Below are positions 12,811-25,698 of a stretch of 64,000 nt of DNA, one piece after another. This DNA comes from Ginglymostoma cirratum (Eukaryota). The stretch spans positions 65,953,274-66,017,273 of the forward strand of contig JAHRHZ010000248.1 of NCBI GenBank assembly GCA_024137785.1, given 5' to 3'. The notes below the pieces were generated by a model, which worked only from the letters and a program-made list of their open reading frames with translations, searched no databases and was not told the DNA's origin. Position 1 is the stretch's first letter; every line of letters begins with the position of its first letter. The translations under genes were made by a program, and so were the position numbers.

Positions 12811-14699
12811 CCACACATTTTTATGTATGCGGGCTATTTGTTTTTTTTTTTGGTTCTGTTTGTATCCTGAAATCCATAGACATCTTGAAGGGTGTGGATA
12901 TTTTTGTTTTTTGGATGTTTGCAGGATGGGTTGCTGGCTTAGTTGGCACTTCATTCTGGTGTTCACCTGTTTCCTTGAACTGCAACAGTTCATCTGGTGC
13001 AGGTACACCAGTATTACTGTATGAGGATTTCAGGATTTTGCCTCAGTGATTTTTTTTTTGAGAAAAAAGTATCATTGAGTCAAAATGGTGTTGGCAGAAG
13101 GGGATCTTGCAGATGGTAGTGTTCTGATGCATCTGCTGTGCTTGGCTTATTCTTGACGTGGCTTTGGAAACACTTTCTTTTTAACCTATTAGTTATGCAC
13201 ATTTTTCCAATAGTTTGGCTTTCCGTAAACTTAGTAGTTTGAACCACTGTACAAAACAGTTCCTATTTGTGAACAACAGTTGTTTCCCTCTTTAGTTTAA
13301 TTGCATGAACCTGGTCCCTGAACTTGGATTCATTGGCTTGCCATTTGGATAGTCAGTATTGTCTTTGGGATAATAATGCCTTCATATTGCCTTTATTGTG
13401 TCACTAACCCGTGACATTAAGCTTCCACTGTCTGATCACACTTCAGGCTGTCCAGAGTTGGAGATGAGCTCTTGTATAGTTTTTGAGCTGGTTCCTTGAA
13501 CTTGAACTTAAACACTTGCTGACTTTGAACTGTGCATTGTCATTTTTGCAATGAAAATTCCATCCACCTGCCCCCCCCCCCCCACAAAATCTAACATCAA
13601 TTTGGATTGATTGTTCTCACTTTTATTTAGAACTGTTGAATTATGATGTTTGGTTTTGCACTCTATGCCTGTTACTGCTGAGTGTTGGGTTTCAAGATGC
13701 TCAAATCTTGCTTTGAGGCACCTGAAGTTGATAGGTGCATTGTTTCCAGATCTCGCATGTTAATGGCATGATGCAATATTGCCTCTGGTATAGATTGCAT
13801 TGAAGTGCTGAGTGATGTAGCAACCTGGATATTTGTATGTTGTCACAATGCAAAACTACCACTTGCAGCTCAGAACCTGGTATAAGCTTGTCTGAAACGA
13901 TTACTCTTAATGGCCTCAAGTATTTTCTTTAAGACGTTAACTTCCGTCTAAGTGCTTGAGAACCAATTAAGTCTGTTTGATGTATGAAACTGACAGTAAA
14001 TTCTACAAACCCACCAATTGGTTTTTAAACTTTTTAAATAGTACCTTTTGTGGAAACTTAAATTTACCTGAAATGGTCATTTGGGACTTGCTGGTGCTTT
14101 CTCTGGAAATACTTTAAACTGAGTGCAATGTTCTTCTGTATTATGCTCACATTCCTGGAGTAGGCTTTGTAACCAAAGTGACAGAAATTTAGCACGTGCT
14201 TGTAAATTACAGCAACTTAATTTAAACACTTCTGATTTAAAGTCACATCTTTTCAGATCCAGCGATGAGTTGTACCACCAGAAATTTAGCCGACTATTTC
14301 CTATTCTTTTCATTACCATTGTCAAATGCCTTCAAGTAACCAAGCAGCTAGGACTTGAGTTGACCGTGCAACCTTTTTTTATAAGGCTTCAAGCTTGACT
14401 CTTTCCATTTGGCTCAGTGCCAACTTGTGCGCTTCATGTCAAAGACATTACATCGATACAAGTTACAGAATTGAAAACCTGGTAGTCAAATCTTTGTATT
14501 TCTACTTCTTAAAAATAGAAGCCCTATTCTGGCATTTCTAATGCTTCCTGAGTGTTTGTACAAGCCTTGTGTAAATGCCTTTTGCCTCGATCAGCTTTTG
14601 CAAGTCTGGCGTAGGTTGTTTATTGGGTCCACGCCCACCTCATTAAAACCGTGTATTCTAGTTCACCTATTCAGAGTTTCGATTGTTCAATTCGGAAGT

Positions 14700-14880
14700 A
14701 GCATCTGCTGTTCTTGCTGGAGTCCGAGATGACACTGCGGAGCTGGAGGAACACAAGCCAGGCAGCGTTAGAGGAGCAGGAAAGTTGCCGCCGGGAAAAA
14801 TGAAGGGTCCCGACCCGAAACGTCAATTCTCCTGCTCCTCTGCCGTGTTCCTCCAGCTCCACACTGGGTTGTCTCCGATT
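14700..14880. mobile_element. Fold-back PLE pLTR pair with partial hammerhead core
   Basis: GGAGCTGGAGGAACAC (14739-14754) is the reverse complement of 14845-14860, and AGAGGAGCAGGA (14770-14781) of 14830-14841. Centre reads TGAAGGGTCCCGACCCGAAACGTC. Confidence 0.75.
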
Positions 14881-16361
14881 GCTGCTTTACTCTAATTGTA
14901 GTGGAGCCTGCATTAGTCCTCTACCCTTAAATCTTTGTCTTGAGGGTAGCATTGTTTGGTTTGCCAGCTTCTTTACGCCCCTTTTTTGTTTTTTTAGTGC
15001 CTTGCATCTTAATTTTAATATTCTGACATGAAGCAATTTCTCAATTTTGAAGCCAACATTCCGTTTTTTAAAAATGCACGTGAGAATTACAACTCGCCCA
15101 CTAACGGTATATCAAATTTAAGAGGTTTACACTTTGGAAAAATAAATGTCATTGACAATAGAGGCTACATTGGTGATATTTTAATAACAAATGAGTTGCT
15201 GTTAAATAACGAGTACTAATCCTAATCAGACTTCAAGAGCACTTGAGACTGATGCAATGGGCACAAAGGGTGGATGACTTTCGTCAGAGAATTAAGTGCA
15301 CTTTGGGGAGATGGTAGTCAATATGGACTAAGTTTTATACAGTTTTCAAGGAGGTTATAGTAACCAAGATAAATGCACTTTTCCTGCCTTTTGTAAAAGA
15401 TTATTCTTGTTGAGAAACTGTTTTAAGTATGGCATATTTGGGATTATTGCCATAAACCACACACTATGACAGTAAGGATGTTGAATAGGCAGCTAACATT
15501 TTGATGCCAGACAAGACCACTGAAATGTTGAGCTGGTTAGGCACCAGTAATCATGTCCATTTTGAGTAGACAAGTGCTATTTTGGTCCAGGGACTTGAGT
15601 GAAGGCACAGGATTTTCCACTGTTTTGAACAAACGGCAAAGAACTTCATAAATTCTCAAACTTGTAATGCATAGTAATGGACAACACGCATTTAACTTTG
15701 ATTTTTAACATTCAGAATTGTATTCTAGTAAAAATAGATCATAGTGTGACCAGACATCCTACAGTATTCGTTAGATAGTTGATGTGATCAAGAAAGATCT
15801 GTGACTCTCCCCGCCAGACATTGGTGACATGATTATCAAATCTCAATTGAAGGCATTGCAATTCACTTTTTTTTTGGTCAATCTGGCCTTGAAACCACTT
15901 AGTTGTCATGGACTGCCTTGACAACTACCCCTGCTTTGGTTGATCACTGTCCTGAGCCTATGCTGTCATGGACTCCAGAAACTTCACTCTTTCACTGAAG
16001 GAAAGGCAACAATGGTTTTCAAATCCCATACTCTGCTTTCTTGATCTAATCAAAGCACTTGGCTTTTTCTAAGCCACGACACCTTTTTTGGGGACTCCCT
16101 CTCTTCCTGACCACTGATTAAACCCTTAGTTAGTTGATATCTTTGATTTCTGCCCGAATTCCAGTAGTACAGATATTCAACTGTTCTCGACTTGTTCTCA
16201 CTGTGTCTCCCACACAGTCTAAATCGTTCAGTAGCTTTCCCTGCAATATAACTAAAAATCAGCACTTCTGTTTTATAATCTACTTTCTCCACCACAACTT
16301 AGTAACATTTTGATTGTCGTCTTTTGAACTGCTGTTCAGTGAGCATTGCATCCAAGTTGTC

Positions 16362-16813
16362 CTAAGACCGTAAGACATAGGAGTGGAAGTAAGGCCATTT
16401 GGCCTATCGAGTCCTCTCTGCCATTTAATCATGGCTGATGGGCATTTCAACTCCCACTTACCCGCACTCTCCTTGTAGCCCTTGATTCCTTGCGAGATCA
16501 AGAGTTTATCAATCTCTGCCTTGAAGACATTCAACGTCCTGGCCTCCACTGCGCTCCGTGGCAATGAATTCCACAGGCCCACCGCTCTCTGGCTGAAGAA
16601 ATGTCTCCTCCATTTCCGTTCTAAATTGACCCCCTCTAATTCTAAGGCTGTGCCCACGGGTCCTAGTCTCCCCACCTAACGGAAACAACTTCCCAGTATC
16701 CACCCTTTCTAAGCCATGCATTATCTTGTAAGTTTCTATTAGATCTCCCCTCAACCTTCTAAACTCTAATGAATACAATCCCAGGATCCTCAGCTGTTCA
16801 TCGTATGTTAGGT
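16362..16813 (-). mobile_element. Young 5'-truncated CR1 LINE, second subfamily
   Basis: ORF 16509-16778 reads YSLEFRRLRGDLIETYKIMHGLERVD...TRTRGHSLRIRG, followed by FFSQRAVGLWNSLP. CpGs are well preserved. Confidence 0.9.
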
Positions 16814-17989
16814 CCTGAATTATTTACTGAAAACTTTACAATAAACCTTTCTCCTATCCTAGGTTTGCCCTTAGGGAAACTGGGAAGGGATACTGGGAAA
16901 TGAAGTTTTTGGTTCTTTATTGGAGCTCCATTTTGAAGTCTGCAAAACCAGTGTGTCATTTGTCAGTTTTATTTTTATCCTTGGGGAATTTCTGGGCAGA
17001 ATTTAATGTTGCCACATAGCAAGATGTGGAATTCCATTTTCGTGAATGTTACAATTTAATAAATGGCTGGCTTGCCACAAAATGGATGTAATGAGAGAAT
17101 TTCATCACTGACTAATTAGCTCCATTGGAGTAATCAGGGCTATTTGGTCTAGATATGACTCTTGTGGAAGGATGGAAAAATAATGAAGTTGCATAGATTA
17201 CCTGCCAGAAGGGAGGAACTAATTGGACAAGTTAGGACGTGTTGGAGCACAAATTTGATACTAAATCTTCTTGGATAGATTCTGAGGGCTGAATGGCCTA
17301 CTCTGTTCCCATGTGGACTAGAAACCATTGGCTGAAGGTTTTGGAAATTAGGTAAAGACAACAGCAAAAGAACCATTGGGCTATGAACTGTCTGCACCTG
17401 TCATTATTTTTGAGCATACATGCCCAGTTGTTTTGGAAGGCTGTGCAGGAATGAACCAATTTTCCAAATCTTTTAAAACACAGGCACAGTAGGCAGAATA
17501 ACAGGTTCCTATGCTGACTGTGATATGCATGCCAGCAAAATTCAGGTTAGCTGTTCCATGACATGCCTAAATTAGACATCTGGAGAACTTTAATTTGGTA
17601 GTGAGAATCACCAAATGTTTTTGTCACATCTTTTTGAGGGGTTCAAGCTAAGTGGGGTGGTTAGCTAATTGGTTCAAGTGTAACATCAGATAGAAAGATA
17701 ATGAACATGACCAAGCTTAATGGTAAGATGGAGCATTATCAAAGTATCTTAAGTGACCATAAAAGATGACTAAAAATGTACAGCAAAAAATAAACTAAGG
17801 CTAGACTTGAGTAATATCGAAACACATCTCTCTAAAGCAAGAGGTCAGTGTGAATTTCAATGCCTTGGAGAATGAGGCAGGTGAGTTAGAACTAGGAAAA
17901 AACAGACAAGTTGAATACATATTCTGCATTACTCATCATAGTTTTTTGAATGCTATTTGTGTTTACTATCAATGGGTAAAAGGAAGAGG

Positions 17990-19735
17990 GGACATGACTC
18001 ATGAGGAAGAACTGCTAGTGTAACTAATCGGGCAAAAGACATGTTCCCTGAACCTGATGGGATTCCTCCTGGGAATATTTAAGAAAGTAGCTGCAGAAAT
18101 AGTGGAAGCACTGGCAGTAATTTTAAAGAATCCTTAGATTCTAGAAAGTGCCAGAGGATTGGGAAACTGCCAATATAGCATCCTTTTTTGATCTTTTTAG
18201 ATAAGAGGCCAGTAGTTTGTTAGAATGCATTGCAGCCTATTTTAACAAAGTTGATCCTTTAGGGAGATTATGGTCTGGTGGTATCATCACTGGGCTGTTA
18301 ATCCCAGTGACCCAGGTAATATTCTGGGAACCCATGTTTGAATCTTGTTATGGCAGATCGTGGCTGTGATTAAATAAAAATCTGGAATTGAGTTCAATGG
18401 TGACCACAAATCCATTGTTGGAAGAAGTTATCTGGTTCACAAATTAACAATTTCCTAAACTGGTCTGGCCTACATATGACTTGAGACCCACAGCAATATG
18501 GTTGACTCTTAACTGCCCTCTGCACATAGGCAATAAATGTTGGTGCTGGCCAGTGACACCTTCGTGTTGTGAATGAATTTTTTAAAAAATTCAAAGCACA
18601 GGCCACAGTGTCATGATGGGAAATTGTCCGATAAATGTATTGGCATTTTAGTTGGAGTAGGTAACAAGCAGGGTAAATAAGAAGCAACCAGAAGATCTAA
18701 TACTTAAATTTCAACAAGGCATTTGAATTACCATACAGCCTATGGTGTTTGTTGTATTTGCACAGGTGGAGGGCTTGCTAATTGGTAATTGCAATAAAAA
18801 GGGCATGTTTGGGATGGTAACCTGAACTAGTAAAGTGTCACAGGCATCAGTGGTGGAAGTGCAGTTATTGATTTGTAATTATGCATTAAGACTTGCATGA
18901 CTGTGAATGTCTTATTGACAAGCTTGCAGATAACACTTGGGTTGGAGAGCAAGTGGTGATTCTAGGAGTTGAGCTATATAGACATGTTAATAGTGAGCAA
19001 AAATTTAGCAAATGGAATATAATGTGGGAAAATGTGTATTTTGCACGTTGGGGAAAATTAGACCCCAGAAAGCAGCAACACTGCTCTGGAGTCCTTGTGC
19101 ATTTGAGCTCATGTTCAAGTTCAGATTATAAGTAATTCAAATGCCATTTGACCTTTATTTCAAAGGGAATGTTGTATAAAAGTAGGGAAGCTGTGTATTG
19201 TTTTACAGAGCACGACTTATTTCAAAGTTGAAATACTGTGAGCAGTTCTGGTCTCCTTTTTTGTCTAAGGAAACATAATGGCATTGGAGGCAGACCAGAG
19301 AAGGTTCGCTAGGTTTTTCCCAGGTATGGAGGACTGTCATGTCAGATGTTGAGTAGATTGTGCTGTACTTTTTGGGAATTAGAATACTGAGAGGTGACTT
19401 TATTGAAACAGATTTTTGGTTTGGATAAGGTAGATGCAGAGGGGTTTTACCTTTTTTTTTTGTGTAGTACAGTCTAGCATCAGAGGGTGTAATATCAAGG
19501 GGCCACCCAGTTAGATGAGATGTTGCTTCTGTCAAGTTAGTGAATGTGTGGATTATTTGCTGAAGTATTATAGAGGCTGTCATTTAGTATGTTGAAGGTT
19601 GAAAGAGTTTATTAATGGAGTCAAGGTTTATGGGGATAAGGCAGCAAGTGGAGCTGAGTATGATCAGATCAGCCATGATATCATTGAAAAGTGGTGCAGA
19701 CCTGATGGGCTGAATGGTCAACTTCTGCTCTTGTC
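17990..19735 (+). mobile_element. Old CR1 ORF2 remnant interrupted by a SINE
   Basis: Degenerate VPEDW, KLADNT and LRGDFIET motifs. Tail GATCAGATCAGCCATGAT near 19665. Confidence 0.65.
18262..18589 (+). mobile_element. tRNA-derived SINE, non-HE1 family, with ...GGCAATAAATG...TGAATGAA tail
   Basis: tRNA-like head, central CTGGTCTGGCCTACAT.TGACT..AGACCCACAGCAAT.TGGTTGACTCT and an A-rich end. A homologous copy lies on - at 60504-60812. Confidence 0.75.
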
Positions 19736-20893
19736 TCTTTTTTTAATTTCAGATATGCTGAAGGTTACTTTTGAAAGAAACTGTGTTTTGGTTACTTTAT
19801 CATGAACTGGCCATGAATGAGGTTTACAATTAAATGAAATCCAACCAGTAGAAACTGCTTCTGCCTTCTAGTTGACTTGATTCTTCCAATCTCCAAGAAA
19901 AGGAAAGTATTATGAATGAATTATCACAGCTGGGAATAATAAGCAAAATGGAGAGCTTGGTTTGACACATTTGAGCTTAAACTTAAGGAATATGAGAGAC
20001 TTCAATTCTAAATTGTTTGAAAAACTTTTTTAATAGACCTGACTGTTAATTTTTGATCATTCCATTTTTTTTCACACTTTGACCACTGCTGCCAAGTTGT
20101 AGATCTGTTTCATTGTCATATTGAAGTGATCAAAGGTATAGTTGACAGTGAAGATAATCTAAGATTACAAAGATCCTGACCAATGGGTTGAGGAGTGGTA
20201 GATTTAATTTGGATAAATGCGAGGTATTGCACTTTTGTAAATCAAACAAGGGCAGGCGTTAGAGTTAATGGTGTGAGTCCTTGGGTAGTGTCGTCGAACA
20301 GAGAGACTGAGGGGTTCAGGTGTGTTCTTCAAAAGTTGTATCACAGGTATATGGATGTCTCAGAAGGCATTTTGCTCGCTTGTCTTCATTGCTCAAACCA
20401 CAGTATCGGAGTTAGGAGGTCATGTTGAGATTGTACAGGACATTGAGGCCTCTTCTGGAGTATTGTGTACAGTTCTGGTCATCCTGCTATAGGAAGTACA
20501 GTACTGAATAGGAGAGGATGCAGAGAAGATTTTAAGGATGTTACTGGGACTGGGAGGTTTGAGTTAATAGGATAGGCTAGAAATGTTTTCCTTAGAACAC
20601 AGGAGGTTGGCGGGGGGATTCTTGATAGAGGTTTATAAATTAATAACAGGCATAGGGTGAAAAGCAAAAGTCTATCTTCTCTAGGGTGGGGGAGTTCAAA
20701 ATTTGGGGACATTCTTAAGATCCTTTTTTAAATCCGACAACTTTTTCACAGTATGGTTCTTAGATGGAATAAACCGCCAGAGGAAGTGGTAGATGTAGGT
20801 ACAGTTAGCACGTTTAAAAGGCATCTGGATAGGTGCATGAATAGCCAAGTTTTAGAGGGAGATGGTCCAAACAGGCAAAAAACATATAGGCAA

Positions 20894-22633
20894 TTTTTAC
20901 TATGGACGTCCAGTCCCTATACACCTGTATTCCCCATGCTGATGGCCTAAAGGCCCTCCGCTTCTTCCTGTCCTGCAGAACTGACCAATCCCCCTCCACC
21001 GACACCCTCATCTGCTTAGCCGAACTCGTCCTCACCCTCAACAACTTCTCTTTCAATTCCTCCCACTTCCTACAGACAAAGGGGGTGGCCATGGGTACCC
21101 GCATGGGCCCAAGCTATGCCTGCCTCTTTGTAGGTTACGTGGAACAATCCCTCTTCCGTACCTGCACTGGCCCTAAACCCCACCTCTTCCTCTGTTACAT
21201 TGACTGCATCGGCGCCGCCTCGTGCTCCCACGAGGAGCTCGAACAGTTCATCCACTTCACCAACACCTTCCACCCCAACCTGAAGTTCACCTGGACCATC
21301 TCCAACACTTCTCTCTCCTTCCTGGACCTCTGTCTCCATCTCGGGCAACCACCTAGAAACAGATGTCCGTTTCAAGCCCACTGACTCCCACAGCTACCTG
21401 GAATACACCTCCTCCCACCCACCCTCCTGCAAAAATGCCATCCCCTATTCCCAATTCCTTCGCCTCTGCCGCATCTGCTCCCAGGATGAGACATTCCAAT
21501 CCCGCACATCTCAAATGTCCTCATTCTTCAAGGACCGCAACTCTTTCCCCCCCCCCCCACCACAGTTGTCGAGAACGCCCTTGACCGTGTCTCCCGCATT
21601 TCCCAGAACACGTCCCTCACGCCCCGTCCCCGCAATAATAACCAAAAAAAAAAATCCCCCTCGTCCTCACATACCACCCCACCAACCTCCGGATCCAACG
21701 CATCATCCTCCGACACTTCCGCCATCTGCAATCAGACCCCACCACCAAAGACATTTTTCCCTCCCCACCCTTATCTGCCTTACGGAGGGACCACTGCCTC
21801 CGCGATTCCCTTGTCCACTCCACACCTGGCACTTTTCCTTGTAACCGCAGGAAGTGCTACACCTGCCCCCACACCACCTCCCTCGCCCCAAGAAGACTTC
21901 CCACATCAGGCAGATGTTCACCTGCACATCTGCCAATGTAGTATACTGCATCCGCTGTACCCGTTGTGGCCTCCTCTACATCGGGGAAACCAAGCGGAGG
22001 CTTGGGGATCGCTTTGCAGAACACCTGCGCTCAGTTTGCAACAAACAACTGCACCTCCCAGTCGTGAACCATTTCAACTCCCCCTCCCATTCCTCAGATG
22101 ACATGTCCATCCTGGGCCTCCTGCAATGCCCCAGTGATGCCACCCGAAGGCTGCAGGAACAGCAAATCATATTCAGCCTGGGAACCCTGCAGCCCAATGG
22201 TATCAATGTGGATTTCACAAGCTTCAAAATCTCCCTTTCCCCCAACTGCATCCCAAAACCAGCCCAGCTCATCTCCACCTCCCTAACCTGTTTTTCCTCT
22301 CACCCCAAGCCCCACCCCCATCTCCTATCTACTAACATCATCCCGCCCCCTTGACCTGTCCGTCCTCCCTGGACTGACCTATCTCCTCCCTACCCCCCTA
22401 CCTACACTCACCTTTACTGGCTCCATCACCGCCTCTTCGACTTGTCTGCCTCCTCTCCACCTATCCTCTCCTCTATCCATCTTCTATCCGCCTCCCCCTC
22501 TCTCCCTATTTATTTCAGAACCCTCTTCCCCTCCCCCATTTCTGATGAAGGGTCTAGGCCCGAAACGTCAAGTTTTCCTGCTCCTATGATGCTGCTTGAC
22601 CTGCTGTGTTCATCCAGCCCCATGCTTGTTATC
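20894..22633 (+). mobile_element. Penelope-like retroelement, 5'-truncated: RT, GIY-YIG endonuclease and pLTR (frameshifted)
   Basis: MDVQSLYTCIPH, QTKGVAMGTRMGPSYACLFVG and FLCYID (PLE RT). NVVYCIRCTRCGLLYIGETKRRLGDRFAEHL (GIY-YIG). Probable TSD ATAGGCAA (20886-20893) / ATAGGTAA (22634-22641). Confidence 0.93.
22538..22573 (+). ncRNA. Minimal type I hammerhead ribozyme motif in PLE terminal repeat
   Basis: ATTT-CTGATGA-A-GGGT(CTAG)GCCC-GAAACGTC-AAGT: intact core boxes, 4-bp stem II, palindromic ACGT stem III, short stem I. Activity is not shown. Confidence 0.7.
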
Positions 22634-22899
22634 ATAGGTAAATGGGACTAGTTTAGTTTGGGAAACTTGGTCGGCATGGACGAGTTGGGCTGAAGGGTCT
22701 GTTTCCGTGCTGTATGCCTGTAACTTTATTGATGCTTGTGATTTTGATGAATGTGTGCGACAAAACTTTGAACTTGTCAACTAAAATTTCACAGCTTGAT
22801 AAATGTTCAACAACTGTTTTTGAAGTGAACGGCTACCCATTTCTTTACTCGGTGGTTTCTTCTGGAAGTGTTCGTCCTTTTGGGTTAGTTTTTTTGTTT

Positions 22900-23700
22900 T
22901 TGCAGCCTTTGGAATTGTGCCCGCTGAAACGTCTGAACTCTTCAGAGATGCTTCAAGGACACTCCGAAAGCATACCACTGCTTTCTAGGTGGTCGTGTCC
23001 GACCACGAGAGTTCAAAGTCAGCCGGGAGTCTGGGGTGCGGCACATTACATTACATCTCTCGCTCGGAGCGGGCTTTGTGTGATTAGTGTCTCGACGCTG
23101 AGGGTACTGTTAGCTGACTTGCAACTGAATTTTGAGGAATGTTGCAAAGGCACTCTTGAATATTTCTCCAAAGCTTGGATTACTTATAGGCAATTCAAAG
23201 TCGTCTGCTTTGAAATTAATTCACTGTCGACTGAAGGCTCTCCATACGGGGGAAGCGGCTTGCTGATGGGTAGTAATTTAAACTTTGTTTATCCTTCTGT
23301 ACTGTGCATTTGATCCTTTCTCATTGTTCCAGAAAATAGACTTGATATGAAACAGTTAACGTAACTTAGCCTGGCTGATCAGGCACTCCCATTTCGTGAC
23401 GGCGGCAGCAGCAATTTGCTCGTTGCTGAAATTTGGCTCAGTAGCTTGATTGGACCTTGAACTGCCGCACCAGAGTATCACTACATCCAGAAAGAGGCAG
23501 TCTGCAGATTTGCAATGAAGTATTGCCAAGACTTAGTAAATTCCTCGCTGTCTGGGGAAACAGAATGCTTGCTGTTACTGCTGCATGGTTGAGTTAATCC
23601 GTAAAGAGTACTCCCCTGAGAGAGCCCGTAATGCAAGCTGATAGTTTGGTTTACAGTACAATTCTACTTGTGATCGCAATCAACAGAAAAGCTCAAGTCA
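22900..23700. promoter_or_regulatory. Second CpG-retaining non-repeat region, possible alternative promoter or enhancer
   Basis: Many intact CpGs (e.g. CTCGCTCGGAGCGGGC, TCGTGACGGCGGCAGC) in a CpG-depleted intron, and no repeat similarity that I recognise. Confidence 0.4.
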
Positions 23701-24279
23701 GCCTGTGGAATAATGAATGCATTCAGTTAAAGCACCAGCTGTCGCAGGAAGCTTTCGTGGTTAACTTTTCAACCTGCTGTCCTTTATTACATATGTTTTA
23801 CAGTAAGTTACCTTTTTTATTCTACCAGAGTTGATCCTTGCTAGTTTTTCTCTAGAGTACATTCCATCGACCTTTTTTCTTGAGAATGCTTCCATAATTC
23901 AGACAGAACTAGCAGATAATAAATGATAGGTAAAAGTACCACAAAATAGTTAATCAAGTGCAAGGAAGTTCGCAAACTAAACTGTCTTAAATAATTTGTC
24001 TTAAAATTCAGAAGGGTGAAAAAGCAAGCTTTTGTTCTGTGATGTGAATTATTTTAGTAATACATCTCCAACTTCCATTTGGGATCTTAGTGAGCTGCAG
24101 AGCTTTATTTCCTTGGTATTTAGAAATTCAACATTAAATGCAAGATGGATTCAGCCATGAGTCTTGTTTTACTGGTTTGAAGGCAACTGTTTGTTCTTCT
24201 AGTGTCCTAAAATTGATTTTGTTACACAATTCAGTTTGTGCACCAATTTATCACAAGCAAAATGATATAACTGTTCTTT

Positions 24280-24480
24280 TGCTGAGGTATGAGCATTGCT
24301 GGCAGGGCATCCTGTGCACATCCCTCATTGCCCTTGAGTTAAAAGGTATTGCAAGGCCATTCTGGTGGGTTTTTGTCAATTATCCAATTACTGTGGGTCT
24401 TGTGCCACAAGTAGACTAGTCAGTAAGTATTGTAGATTTCCTTTCCTAACAAGCATTAGTGATTCCGCTCAATTTTAGAA
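24280..24480 (-). mobile_element. Decayed copy of the non-HE1 SINE
   Basis: GAGCATTGCTGGCAGGGC...ATTGCCCTTGAG...TGTGGGTCTTG resembles 60504-60650. Confidence 0.5.
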
Positions 24481-25698
24481 TGAGCAATGGTTTAATGGTA
24501 GTAGATTTATGCAGTGATGGCACAAATCTCATCATGAATCTTTGTCTTTGCAAAGTGGAATGAGTATATCCATGCAAAATCATGAATGAAAAGAAATTGC
24601 AACTAATAGCCTGAGCTAGTTTTGGTGGTGAACACAGACTTGGCACTGTTTGTTTATAGCCTGTGTCTTTCTTTTAGGAATAGTTCACATAAATGATTTT
24701 TTCTTTCCTTGGCAAACTTGGTTTAGGATAAGTAATAGCAAACCTTGCTTTTTTTTTTTTGGCCTTCCTAAAGAACATTATACTGTTAACTATCTGGTTT
24801 GGTTTGATGCTTTGTGACACAAACTGTTGTGTTCAGTAGGATATAAAAGCCAGAATCTGTGGGCATGCAAGAAATGGATCTATAATTGCTGACTGAATCC
24901 ATCTAGTCAGTAATGCTGGATGATTTTGGCTGCTTGTCAGCTGGCTGGTACCATTTTAATATGTAGTTTAACTGTTTTGTTCTTTATCACTTTAAGATGT
25001 TATTCTTCATGCGTAGTTGTTAAACGCGTGCTAGTGAGCAGCCTCCTTGTACTGTTGTAGTTCAATGGTTAGAGATAAATCTACAGGCCCTTTTTTTTGG
25101 TAGGGAGTTCCCCCTATTTTAACCCAGTGACAATGTAGTGAATATTTCTAAATCTGAGGTATGTGCTTCAGATGAAAATGTTGTGGATAACGATGCATCC
25201 ACTGGAAAGACTTGACAAGGCAGATTTTTTTAGGTGTTATGTTGAGGTGGAGTCCATTATTTGAGGTTATCTATGGATAAATGGAGATTTTTTTTTGGTA
25301 ATTTTGTAGGACAATTGGAATTTCCTATTAGAAAAGGTCCAAGAGGAAGGAGGGAAATGGTGTATTTGATGGATGTCGTTGTTGGGACAAGTGTTGGTCA
25401 GTGCAAGAATCACCAAGAGTGGAGTGGAGATAACGAAATAATGTAAAGTATGACGAGACTAGTAGTTGGTACTAGTGGGAATCCAAAAGTCTCCCAGTTA
25501 TGTGAAAGTAGTCCTAGGTTGATTTGACAGCGAAGTATCTTTTGAGACGTGGAAGATTGAGCACATGGCTGAAGTATTAAGTGCTTTGTATTAGTTGTTA
25601 CCAAGTTAATTAACACTAAACTGTCACCTCCCTCCCTGCAGTTGACAGAGGGGTCAGAAAATTGAGACAGGATGTCTTAAGTTAAAAAGGTAACTATA

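Larger units (their letters stand above)
20125..22720 (+). mobile_element. CR1 3' region split by a PLE insertion
   Basis: LEYCVQFWS and WNKPPEEVVDVGTVSTFKRHLD precede 20885. The tail resumes at 22634 with ATAGGTAAATGGGACTAG...GAAGGGTCTGTTTCCGTGCTGTATG. Confidence 0.8.

Noticed and set aside
20894-22633. Active or domesticated PLE gene
   Set aside because: 5'-truncated, frameshifted, and the YIDD motif is damaged (YID-C).
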